64,000 bases of DNA, from positions 156,985 through 220,984 of the forward strand of contig CAVYDY010000004.1 in assembly GCA_963767495.1 (NCBI GenBank). The letters run 5' to 3'. Positions 20,143 through 29,202 of this stretch are shown piece after piece. A program made the translations under genes and the position numbers. Below the pieces are notes generated by a model. It worked only from the letters and a program-made list of their open reading frames with translations, did not search any database and was not told the DNA's origin. Each line of letters starts with the position of its first letter. Within the stretch, counting starts at the first letter, position 1. The stretch comes from an uncultured Chloroflexia bacterium. Its GTDB lineage: Bacteria; Chloroflexota; Anaerolineae; Promineifilales; Promineifilaceae.

Positions 20143-21189
20143 ATGATCACCCTACCTGGCCTCATCGACGTCCATACCCATCTCCGCGTGCCCGGCGGCG
20201 AGCACAAAGAAGATTTCACGACCGGCACCGCATCCGGCCTGGCCGGCGGCATAACTATGCTCCTGGCCATGCCTAACACCACACCGCCAATCACAACCGC
20301 CGAGGTACTGCGCAAGACGCGCGCCCAGGCGGCACAGGATATTCTCTGCGACGTCGGTCTCTTCGCCGGCGCCAGTCCCGAACACACGGCAGACCTTCCT
20401 GACCTGGCCCCCGGCGCCGCTGCGCTCAAGATCTATCTCAACGACACTTTCGGCCCGCTGCGCGTGGAGGATGTGCCCACCCTGCGCGCCTGCTTCCAGG
20501 AGTGGCCGCGTGAACAGATGATCGCCATGCATGCCGAGAAGCAAAGCGTCGCCGTGGGCATTGGTCTCGCCGCCACCTACAACCGCCCGGTCCATTTCTG
20601 CCATATCAGCCGCCGCGAAGAGATCGAACTCATCGCCGATGCCAAAATGCGCGGCCTGCCCGTCACCTGTGAAGTGACGCCTCACCACCTCTTCTTTGAC
20701 GAAGCGGACGCCCTGCGCCTGGGAACGCTAGGCGACATGCGCCCCGTTCTGGGCACGGCCGACGACGTCACCGCCCTGTGGCAGCACATCAACTACACCG
20801 TCGACTGTATCGCCACCGATCACGCGCCGCATACATTGCAGGAAAAAGGATCGGACACCCCCCCACCCGGCGTGCCCGGCGTAGAAACCTCACTGCCGCT
20901 GATGCTCACCGCCGTCGCCCAAGACCGGCTCACCCTCGAGCGCCTCATTGAGCTCATGCACCACAATCCGCGGCGCATCTACAATCTGCCCGAGCAGCCC
21001 GACACCCGCGTCGAAGTAGACATGACGCCGGCCATCATTCGCGGCGCGGAAACAAGAAGCAAGTGCGGCTGGTCTCCCTTCGACGGCATGGAGGTTGCCG
21101 GCCGCGTGTCGCGTGTCGTCCTGCGCGGCAAAATCGTCTACGAAGACGGCCGTGTTCTTGCTCAACCCGGTGATGGCTGGGTTTTGTAG
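20143..21189 (+). CDS. pyrC: dihydroorotase-family amidohydrolase, short CAD-like form
   Basis: LPGLIDVHTHLRVPGGEHKEDF...AMPNT...LKIYL...CEVTPHHL...DHAPH are DHOase metal and substrate motifs. It lacks the ~50-aa N-terminal beta-sandwich of typical type I enzymes. Confidence 0.75.
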   Translation: MITLPGLIDVHTHLRVPGGEHKEDFTTGTASGLAGGITMLLAMPNTTPPITTAEVLRKTRAQAAQDILCDVGLFAGASPEHTADLPDLAPGAAALKIYLNDTFGPLRVEDVPTLRACFQEWPREQMIAMHAEKQSVAVGIGLAATYNRPVHFCHISRREEIELIADAKMRGLPVTCEVTPHHLFFDEADALRLGTLGDMRPVLGTADDVTALWQHINYTVDCIATDHAPHTLQEKGSDTPPPGVPGVETSLPLMLTAVAQDRLTLERLIELMHHNPRRIYNLPEQPDTRVEVDMTPAIIRGAETRSKCGWSPFDGMEVAGRVSRVVLRGKIVYEDGRVLAQPGDGWVL

Positions 21190-21272
21190 CGGCCAGGAAT
21201 GGTGGCAGGGATGTGGCTTGAGCTCTTTCCGGCTGCCACTCGCTGCCCCCAGACAACCCAAAACGAAGAATC

Positions 21273-21299
21273 GAGCAAGGGCAGAGAGTGCCCTTGCTC
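21273..21299 (-). terminator. 11-bp stem hairpin downstream of the secreted-protein gene
   Basis: GAGCAAGGGCA-gagag-TGCCCTTGCTC. On the minus strand it is followed by GATTCTTCGTTTTGGG. Confidence 0.55.
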
Positions 21300-21360
21300 A
21301 ATCTTCAATCATTCACTGGCCAGTTCTTCCCCAAACCAACGCGATCCAAGGAATATCTAT

Positions 21361-21888
21361 TTATCCATCGCTGTCTTGCGCAAAGTAATCGCAGAGCGTT
21401 GCATCATCAAGAACTGTTAGGCCCGCCTGCCTGTCCTCAGGATAGGTGAAACTGTCGCTGTCATGATAGACAAGGCCATGACCAGGTATATTTATATTCC
21501 ATCCAATGCCGACCCAATGGGCAGATATGGGATTGTCCTCTTCCGTAGCCGGCGGCTCCCATTTTACCTGTAGGTTGATATGGTAAGTACCGTTGAGCAC
21601 CTTATCGGGATTCCCCTCACGATATATCATGTCAGTGCCATTGACGTGCTCATTTCTTTGTAGCAAGTTGCCATCTCTGTCATGCCGGTCCTTGATGCGG
21701 GCGAAAGCTTCTTCGTGATTCCAGAGCCAGAAATCACCGACTCCGATTTCTCCGCCGCAGTAAACCAGTGGATAATCAGAAACCACGTGATAATGCTCTG
21801 GGGGTTGGGATCGCGGGGCTGCAAAAGCAGGAACCACCATTGCGGCAAGCATTAGTACGAGTATGAATAGAACCATTATCTTTTTCAT
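21361..21888 (-). CDS. secreted hypothetical protein
   Basis: Signal peptide MKKIMVLFILVLMLAAMVVPAFAA. AAGGAG RBS. Sits in low-GC DNA. No recognisable domain. Confidence 0.6.
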   Translation of the reverse strand: MKKIMVLFILVLMLAAMVVPAFAAPRSQPPEHYHVVSDYPLVYCGGEIGVGDFWLWNHEEAFARIKDRHDRDGNLLQRNEHVNGTDMIYREGNPDKVLNGTYHINLQVKWEPPATEEDNPISAHWVGIGWNINIPGHGLVYHDSDSFTYPEDRQAGLTVLDDATLCDYFAQDSDG

Positions 21889-22152
21889 TTGAATTCTCCT
21901 TTTTTGTGCAAGTGACCCTATCTGTCACAGGGTTTTCAATTTGAACGCTATTCTGAAATCTTGATATGACACACTCCTTTGCTGTGTATTCCACTGCCTC
22001 ACCAGCCAGGTTCTCATTCCGAGACTCTCTGTTCATATGCCCCGCTGGTTCAGTTTTCCCGCCGCCTGGCTGCCTGAGAAACTTCACGGCCGGCCGTACC
22101 GGCAGGATTGACCTCTTTCCTAGACTGCGGTTTTGATAGTCACTATATGCTG

Positions 22153-22386
22153 TCAAATATTCTGGTTAACGTGGGGTCTGTTTGAACGGTCAAGGGTGCC
22201 GATTCGTCTTATCAGTGCCGCCACAGCTGTTACCGGCATAAACAGGATTCCTCCTACCGTATGAGAAGGATTTTCACTTGCCCTGTTATTACTGCGGTTC
22301 AAAGAGCGATGGCTCTCAGCTTCATTGATTCTTGTCTGTATTCGTTCATTTACTTGCTGGTTTTGCCAACTGTAATTGCCGTTCAT
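22153..22386 (-). CDS. small hypothetical protein with one hydrophobic segment
   Basis: Strong GGAGG 5 nt upstream of the ATG at 22386. Has a polar N-terminus followed by GGILFMPVTAVAALI. Low-GC region. Confidence 0.45.
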   Translation of the reverse strand: MNGNYSWQNQQVNERIQTRINEAESHRSLNRSNNRASENPSHTVGGILFMPVTAVAALIRRIGTLDRSNRPHVNQNI

Positions 22387-22441
22387 TTTGACCTCCGCTT
22401 GGTCCGAAAATTGAATGTCATGTCAACAGTATCCACAACAG

Positions 22442-22511
22442 CCGTTTTCAGAACGTTTCATTGCCGTTACCAAATATGGCCATACCGTTACCATTTGCTC
22501 CGTTGGTAACG
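22442..22511. promoter_or_regulatory. phased CCGTT-core direct repeats in the divergent intergenic region
   Basis: CCGTTTTCA (22442), ACGTTTCA (22453), CCGTTACCA (22464), CCGTTACCA (22485), CCGTTGGTA (22500). CGTT cores are spaced 11, 11, 21 and 15 nt. CGTTACC (22486) and GGTAACG (22505) also form an inverted pair. Confidence 0.45.
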
Positions 22512-22605
22512 ACTTTGTGTTAACCTCAAGTAGGCGAACAGGTTCTTGTGCAGGAACTGGGGGGATCTGTTTGGCTAATCTCTAATTTGATAAAGGATAC
22601 AGTGG

Positions 22606-25600
22606 ATGGAACAATTGAATATCACCCTCTTTGGCCCGCTGCAGATTTTCCTAGACAATGAACTGGTCTCTGATTTTCGTACGAAAAAAGTGGTGGCCTT
22701 GCTTGTATACCTGGCGGCCGAACCGGAGAGAGCACATCGCCGGGAAACACTGATGACCCTGCTGTGGCCAGGCATGCCTGAGACCTCTGCCCGCGCCAAT
22801 TTACGTCAGGTATTGTTTCGCCTCAAGCAAGCGATGTCTGATTTTGTGGTGGAAGACACGGCCGTTCCCCTACTGATCACCAACCGCCACACCATCCAGA
22901 TAAATCGGGCTGCCCCTGTTCTCGTCGATTCAGTGCAGTTTGAATCTCTTTTGAGCCAGACCCGGAGCCACGACCACGTTGACCTCTTGACCTGTCACAC
23001 GTGCAGAAGCAACCTGGTCGCCGCGGCCACGCTCTACACCGGGCACTTTTTGGCAGACTTTTACTTGGAAGACAGCAACGAATTTGAGGAGTGGGCAGAA
23101 ATCAGGCGGCAAGGAACCATGCGGAAAGCACTGGACGCGATGGATATCCTGACCACCATCGCCATGCGCCAACAGGCCTATGCTGAAGCTCGTATGCTGG
23201 CTGAACGCCAACTAGAAATTGACGACTTGCGCGAAAGCGCCTATCAGCAGTTGATGGAAATCTCGGCGCGTAATGGCCAGCGCAATGAGGCGCTGGCTGT
23301 CTACGAGAAGTGCCGCCGCCACCTCATGGAAGAGCTGGGCATGGCCCCAGCCAAGCGCACGACCACCCTCTACGAGCAAATCCTGGCCGGGGATTTGCGG
23401 TTCGATTCTGTTCAAGAACAAGGGGCGCGTGGCTATGAACTACAGGATGAGATTGGCGCTGGCGCTTATGGGGTCATTCATCGCGCCATACAACCTGCTA
23501 TTGGACGCGAAGTAGCGGTCAAGGTAATTCGTCGTCGCTACGCCAATGATCCTTCTTTTATTCGGCGCTTTGAAGCTGAAGCACAAACAATTGCCCGCCT
23601 GGAGCATCCGCACATCGTCCCTCTTTATGATTATTGGCGCGATCCGGAGGGAGCGTACCTGGTCATGCGGTTGCTGCGTGGGGGTAATCTACTAACCGCA
23701 TTGGCGGACGGACCCTGGCCGGTCGATCGTACGCAAAAATTACTTGACCAAATCACACCTGCCTTAGCCGCTGCTCATCATCATGGTGTTGTCCATCGCG
23801 ATATTAAACCGGCCAATATCCTGTTTGATAAGAGTGATAACGCCTATCTCTCAGATTTTGGCATTGCCAAAGATTTGCACAGCGATCGTCAGTTCACGAT
23901 GGAAGCTGGTATTATGGGCACGCCTGATTACATCTCACCAGAACAGCTGCTGGAGGAAAGGGTCAGCCCGCAGTCGGATATCTACAGTTTGGGGGCGGTC
24001 CTTTATGAAATGTTGACGGGTGAGAAGCCATTCCCAGATGCGCCGATGGCGACGGTCATTCAGAATCATCTATCGACCCCATTCCCGCTAGTCTCTGAAA
24101 GTCGCCCCGACGTGCCGTCACAGATTGATGAAGTAATTCAACAAGCCACCGCCAAACGGCCGTCTGACCGGTACGCCAATGTCATGGAAATGGCGGCGGC
24201 CTTTCGCTCGGCTGTGCAAGGTATCTCTGGAGAGCCGGCAGCACCGGCTGTCACCCCCGTAGTTGAACCGCTCTACAACCCCTACAAAGGTCTGCGTTCA
24301 TTCCAGGAAGCAGACGCTGATGACTTCTACGGTCGCGAAGGGCTTGTCGAGCAGTTGATCGCAGGCGTGGCCGATTCGAGGTTCCTGGCCGTCGTCGGAC
24401 CCAGCGGCAGCGGCAAGTCCAGCGCAGTCAAGGCTGGACTCATCCCGGCACTGCGCAAAGGGGTTATTCCCTCTCGCGACGATCAGGCTCGTTCGGACAA
24501 GTGGTTCGTGACCGAAATGACACCGGGCAGCCATCCCCTAGAAGAGCTGGAATTGGCCCTGTGGCCCATTGCAGTTGACCCGCCACCATCGCTGGTCGAG
24601 CCGATGCGCCACGATACGCGCGGACTCTCGCGAACGATTCGCCGCATTTTGCCCAACGAAGAGGGCGCCCAACTTCTGCTAGTTATTGACCAGTTTGAGG
24701 AGCTTTTTACGCTAGTGGACGATGAGGAGCGGCGGGCCTTTTTCATCGACAGCCTGTTGACAGCCATCCGCGACCCGCGCAGCCCGCTGCGCGTTGTCAT
24801 TACCCTGAGGGCTGACTTTTACGACCGTCCTCTGCAGATGCAGAGTCTTGGCAAACTGCTGAAGGAAAATACGGCGATCGTTTTACCTATGCCGGCCGCG
24901 GATTTGACCTGGGCTATCCGCGAACCGGCGCGGCGCATGGGTGTGCGGCTGGAACCGGGCCTAGCGGAAGCCATTGTGGCCGACATCAGCGACCAGCCCG
25001 GCGGACTGCCCCTTTTACAATTTGCCTTGACAGAGTTGTTTGAGCAGCGCCAAGATGGGCAAATGACGCGTGCGAGCTATGAGAAGATTGGCGGCGCGAC
25101 GGGCGCGCTGGGGCGGCGGGCAGATGAAATATATGATGAACTCGATGAAGCCGGGCAGGAAGCGACACGGCAGCTCTTCATGCGTCTGGTAACCTTGGGA
25201 GAAGGGGTTGAGGATACCAGGCGGCGAGTTCTGCGCTCAGAAATTGAATCGGTTGACGATAGTCAACAGTCGGTGGTTGATGAGTTTGGCCAGGCGCGGT
25301 TGTTGACTTTTGATCATGATCCGGTCACGCGGGAGCCAACAGTGGAGGTGGCGCACGAAGCTTTGCTGCGGGAGTGGCGCCACCTGCGTTCCTGGTTGGA
25401 TGAGAGTCGCAGTGATGTGCGCACCTTACGCCTGCTGTCCCTAGCTGCGAACGATTGGCAGGGCGGTGGACGAGATGACAGCTATCTGCTCCGCGGTTCA
25501 AGACTGGAACTGTTTGCCGGTTGGGCAGCCGGCAGCAGCATTGTAATGACTGAGAGCGAGCGCCAATTCCTGGACGCCAGCATCGCCTGGCGGCTGGAAC

Positions 25601-28035
25601 GGCAGACCCAGGAAGAAGGCCGGCGGCAAGAGGAGCTGGAGACGGCTCAGAAGCTGGCCGCAACGGAGAAAGCACGGGCGGAAGCTGAAGAGCAGAGAGC
25701 TGAAGAACAAGCGTTAGCGGCCCAAGGTTTCCGCCGGCGTTCTTATGTTCTGGGTGGTGTATTGGTAATGGCCGTCTTGCTGGCCAGCGCTGCCTTCTTT
25801 TTTGCCCAGCAGTCGAGCGAGAATGCCGCCGAGGCCCAGGACAACGCCCAGCTCGCGGCAACACGAGAGGCCGAGGCCGTGGCTGAAGGTCTTCGTGCCG
25901 ACAATCAGCGGGATGTCGCCTTGGCCGCGGGAGTTGAGGCTGATGGGGCACGGGTGGCGGCTGAAGAACAGGCTAGAGTCGCCTTTTCCCGCGAGCTGGC
26001 AGCTGAAGCCGTCAGCAATCTGGCCGAGGATCCACAGCGCAGCGTACTGCTCGCACTACAGGCTCTCAGCACAGCCCATACCCAGGAGGCAGAAGAAGCC
26101 CTACACCGCGGCATTCCCAATCTCAGGCTCCTGCAAACAATGGTTGGTCATGAGGACGGTATCTCTGACCTGGACTACAGCCAGGATGGTTCTCGCCTGG
26201 TGTCCTCAAGTTGGGACGGCTCGGCGCGGGTTTGGGATACGGCGACCGGCCAGGAAGTGCTTGTGTTGGGCGAGCCAGAAGAGACAATTGAAAATGTGGC
26301 TTACAGCAGTGATGGTTCCTTCATAGTCACTGGGGGCCCTGACATTGACAGAACGCTGGATATAGCAAGAATGTGGGATGCAGCCAGCGGTGAGCTAATC
26401 GCTGCCTTTCCCAATGACAGCGACAATCCATATTCTGACTGGAATATCGGTATGGACATCAGTCCTGATAGCAAAAGCGTAGCTGTCAGCGACGGATTTG
26501 GGCGGGTCACATTGTGGGATGCAGCCACGTTGACTGAACGCGCCACTTTTGACATGAGTGAAACAGATGTGGCGCACGTCAAACTGGCTTTCAGCCCCGA
26601 TGGTTTCCGTTTGGTTATGTTGGGTGCCCTTGAGGACGACAATAAAGTTATCCGAATTATCGAAGTTGATTCGGGTACCGAATTACTGTCAATTGAAGAC
26701 GTGGGTAATGACTTCGCACTCAGTCCCGATGGCAGGCGATTATTGGTTGGTGATCAAAACGGCCGGGCAGTGCGTTTGTGGGATCTTGATGCCATGGTTG
26801 AAATGGATCGTTATCCAGCTTATGCAACGAATGAAGTTGGGGGCCTGGCGTTCAGCCCGGACGGCGCGCGCTTTTCAAGCTATACACGAGATCTTTCCGG
26901 TGTTCAGATTTGGGAAACCGAAACGGGTCGCGAGATAATGACGCTGCCCGCTCACCGCGGCCTGATGTCGAACATTCTTTTCAGTCCGGATGGCAGCAGT
27001 CTGGCTACCACTGGCCATGACAAATTTGTGAAGGTTTGGGACATCACTCCCGCGCGCGAACTCCTGACGGTACAGCCATTTATCGAGGATGACTGGGCGG
27101 AGGTTACCAGTATCGCTTTCAGTCAGGACGGGACCATGCTGGCGGCAGGCGGAATTGTTGGTGGGGTTTCGTTGTGGGACCCGGTCACGGGGGAAAGTCT
27201 GAACATGCTGGAAGGGCATAACGATTTTGTCGGTGGTTTGAGCTTCAGTCCCACTGGGGATCGCCTGGCCAGCGGCAGTGATGACAGCACGGTTATGATG
27301 TGGGACACCACAACAGGTGACCTGCTGTTCACGCTGACCGATCATGAGGATTGGGTCAACAGTCTGGTCTACAGCCCGGATGGGGCCACCATTGCCAGCG
27401 CCGGCAATGATGCCCAATCGTTTGTATGGGATGCGACCAGCGGTGAAGTTCTATATCAATTCCCACTACCGGATCGGGCCTGGGGTATCGCCTACAGTCC
27501 AGACGGCACGCTGTTGGCCACCGGGTGGTTAGGAGGCGTGGCTGTTCGGGATATGGCTAGCGGGCAGACTGTAAGCGAAATCGATTACGATCAGAATGCT
27601 CTCCATGTGTACTTTTCAGCTGACGGATCGCACCTGATCACCGCGGGTGTGGATGGTATCGTGAGGATCTGGGAAGTGGGAACAGGGCAGCTGGTGCAGG
27701 AGATTAATGCGGACCAACAAATTCTGCAGGGATCGTCTGTCAGTCCCGACGGGAGTATCGTTGCCACGGCATCGAATGGAAGTGACGTGCGGCTGTGGGA
27801 TTATCAGAGCGGGGAGCGTAGGCTAATCTTGGAGGGGGCCGGAGAAGGCGTGACCTTGGCCGAATTCACACCGGATGGGCGGCAGTTGGTAACGGGCGGC
27901 TTTGATGGCAACGTGCGCTTCTATGTCCTGGCAGTGGATGAATTGGTAGACCTTGCCGAATCCCGTTTGACGCGCTCATTGTCGGAAGAGGAATGCCAAG
28001 AATACCTGCATGTGGATGCCTGCCCGGCTGAATAG
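22606..28035 (+). CDS. 1809-aa multidomain protein: SARP-type wHTH + BTAD, Ser/Thr protein kinase, STAND (nSTAND-like) NTPase, coiled coil, one TM helix, ~14 WD40 repeats
   Basis: wHTH/BTAD about nt 22606-23400 (KKVVALLVYLAAEP..LWPG..ARANLRQVLFRLK; ESAYQQLMEISARNGQRNEALAVYEKCRRHLMEELG). Kinase about nt 23434-24210 (GAGAYGV, VAVKVI, HRDIKPANIL, DFG, GTPDYISPE). NTPase about nt 24271-25410 (NPYKGLRSFQEADADDFYGRE, GPSGSGKSS, LLLVIDQFEELF). TM about nt 25741-25803 (SYVLGGVLVMAVLLASAAFFFA). WD40 blades about nt 26128-27960 (repeated ..VWD/LWD/IWE endings). Confidence 0.9.
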   Translation: MEQLNITLFGPLQIFLDNELVSDFRTKKVVALLVYLAAEPERAHRRETLMTLLWPGMPETSARANLRQVLFRLKQAMSDFVVEDTAVPLLITNRHTIQINRAAPVLVDSVQFESLLSQTRSHDHVDLLTCHTCRSNLVAAATLYTGHFLADFYLEDSNEFEEWAEIRRQGTMRKALDAMDILTTIAMRQQAYAEARMLAERQLEIDDLRESAYQQLMEISARNGQRNEALAVYEKCRRHLMEELGMAPAKRTTTLYEQILAGDLRFDSVQEQGARGYELQDEIGAGAYGVIHRAIQPAIGREVAVKVIRRRYANDPSFIRRFEAEAQTIARLEHPHIVPLYDYWRDPEGAYLVMRLLRGGNLLTALADGPWPVDRTQKLLDQITPALAAAHHHGVVHRDIKPANILFDKSDNAYLSDFGIAKDLHSDRQFTMEAGIMGTPDYISPEQLLEERVSPQSDIYSLGAVLYEMLTGEKPFPDAPMATVIQNHLSTPFPLVSESRPDVPSQIDEVIQQATAKRPSDRYANVMEMAAAFRSAVQGISGEPAAPAVTPVVEPLYNPYKGLRSFQEADADDFYGREGLVEQLIAGVADSRFLAVVGPSGSGKSSAVKAGLIPALRKGVIPSRDDQARSDKWFVTEMTPGSHPLEELELALWPIAVDPPPSLVEPMRHDTRGLSRTIRRILPNEEGAQLLLVIDQFEELFTLVDDEERRAFFIDSLLTAIRDPRSPLRVVITLRADFYDRPLQMQSLGKLLKENTAIVLPMPAADLTWAIREPARRMGVRLEPGLAEAIVADISDQPGGLPLLQFALTELFEQRQDGQMTRASYEKIGGATGALGRRADEIYDELDEAGQEATRQLFMRLVTLGEGVEDTRRRVLRSEIESVDDSQQSVVDEFGQARLLTFDHDPVTREPTVEVAHEALLREWRHLRSWLDESRSDVRTLRLLSLAANDWQGGGRDDSYLLRGSRLELFAGWAAGSSIVMTESERQFLDASIAWRLERQTQEEGRRQEELETAQKLAATEKARAEAEEQRAEEQALAAQGFRRRSYVLGGVLVMAVLLASAAFFFAQQSSENAAEAQDNAQLAATREAEAVAEGLRADNQRDVALAAGVEADGARVAAEEQARVAFSRELAAEAVSNLAEDPQRSVLLALQALSTAHTQEAEEALHRGIPNLRLLQTMVGHEDGISDLDYSQDGSRLVSSSWDGSARVWDTATGQEVLVLGEPEETIENVAYSSDGSFIVTGGPDIDRTLDIARMWDAASGELIAAFPNDSDNPYSDWNIGMDISPDSKSVAVSDGFGRVTLWDAATLTERATFDMSETDVAHVKLAFSPDGFRLVMLGALEDDNKVIRIIEVDSGTELLSIEDVGNDFALSPDGRRLLVGDQNGRAVRLWDLDAMVEMDRYPAYATNEVGGLAFSPDGARFSSYTRDLSGVQIWETETGREIMTLPAHRGLMSNILFSPDGSSLATTGHDKFVKVWDITPARELLTVQPFIEDDWAEVTSIAFSQDGTMLAAGGIVGGVSLWDPVTGESLNMLEGHNDFVGGLSFSPTGDRLASGSDDSTVMMWDTTTGDLLFTLTDHEDWVNSLVYSPDGATIASAGNDAQSFVWDATSGEVLYQFPLPDRAWGIAYSPDGTLLATGWLGGVAVRDMASGQTVSEIDYDQNALHVYFSADGSHLITAGVDGIVRIWEVGTGQLVQEINADQQILQGSSVSPDGSIVATASNGSDVRLWDYQSGERRLILEGAGEGVTLAEFTPDGRQLVTGGFDGNVRFYVLAVDELVDLAESRLTRSLSEEECQEYLHVDACPAE

Positions 28036-28221
28036 ACGGAGGCTGTTTGACGTCACCAGCGATGGGATTTGTCATGTCCCATTTCGCGGCGTGCATAAAC
28101 TGCTGGGGACTATCTGTGCCTGGCAATCCATACCGAGTCTTACCAGCGTGTTTCTTGAGGAAACGAATCAGCGACCAGCCGGTCGGCGATGATCACCCAC
28201 GTGGATTCACGCTGTCCTACA

Positions 28222-29097
28222 TCAGGCACTGCCAACCAGCGGCAGGCGGCGCAGCATGCCGGCAAGCCGCAGCGCATCGCGCGGCACGTATTCGGTGATT
28301 CCCAGACCGACCACATCGAATTCCTGGGAGACATCGGCCAGCAGGCGCACGGCCGTTTCAACGCCCAATCCGTTCGCTGCCTGCCAGATCGTTGAACTGA
28401 ACGCCGCCGGCTCCAGTACATCGAGGTCGAAATGAATCGCCACGCGTGACGCGCCACATTCGCGCATCCACTGCAAGACGACATCACTGCTCGCCGCAAC
28501 CTCGTCAACTGTCGCGTTGGGTATCGTCACGCCAAAATGGGTTTGCACAGCGTCCAGTTCATCGACAGCGGCGCGCAGGCCGGTAAACAGCAGCTGAGCT
28601 GGAACCAGCGGACGCGTCACCTCGGCGACAAACGCCGCATCGCCCAATCCCAGCAGCGCGCTGAGCACCATCGAGTGAAAGTTAACGTTGCGATCGTCCT
28701 GCTGTGGCAGCGCCGTGTCCGGGTGTGCGTCCAGCCACAAGACAGCCAGGTCGCCGTCATACCGCTCGTTCAGATAGGCGACCGGTGCGAAATCCACGCT
28801 GCACTCGCCGCCAAAGACGACGACGCGGTCCGGCTGACGCCTTTCCAGGATACGCCGCGCCTCACGCGCCTGCGCCAGCAGTACCTCGCGGGCGAAGATG
28901 CCCTGTTCAACCGTGTGGCCCTCGCGCCCCAGGCCGATCGTGACCTCTTCAACCGCCGCACTCGAAGGTGGCGCCAACCAGGCCAACAAACGGCCGCCCA
29001 GGTAATAGCCGGGCTGCTCTCCCCCACCCTGCCACTGCGGCATCAACAAGCGTAGCGTCAATCCGTCGTCTGCATCTGCTGTCGTTTGCATAGGCAT
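28222..29097 (-). CDS. arginase/agmatinase/formiminoglutamase-family metallohydrolase
   Basis: LWLDAHPD and VAIHFDLDVLEP match the ureohydrolase Mn-binding motifs. Confidence 0.7.
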   Translation of the reverse strand: MPMQTTADADDGLTLRLLMPQWQGGGEQPGYYLGGRLLAWLAPPSSAAVEEVTIGLGREGHTVEQGIFAREVLLAQAREARRILERRQPDRVVVFGGECSVDFAPVAYLNERYDGDLAVLWLDAHPDTALPQQDDRNVNFHSMVLSALLGLGDAAFVAEVTRPLVPAQLLFTGLRAAVDELDAVQTHFGVTIPNATVDEVAASSDVVLQWMRECGASRVAIHFDLDVLEPAAFSSTIWQAANGLGVETAVRLLADVSQEFDVVGLGITEYVPRDALRLAGMLRRLPLVGSA

Positions 29098-29202
29098 CTC
29101 CCACGCCTGGTGGCATCAACGTCACGGCTTTACGCAGCAGTGGAATGGATTCCGCGGCTGGATGAACCTGACATGATGAATCAGGCTTTTGGCGCCAGCG
29201 GA

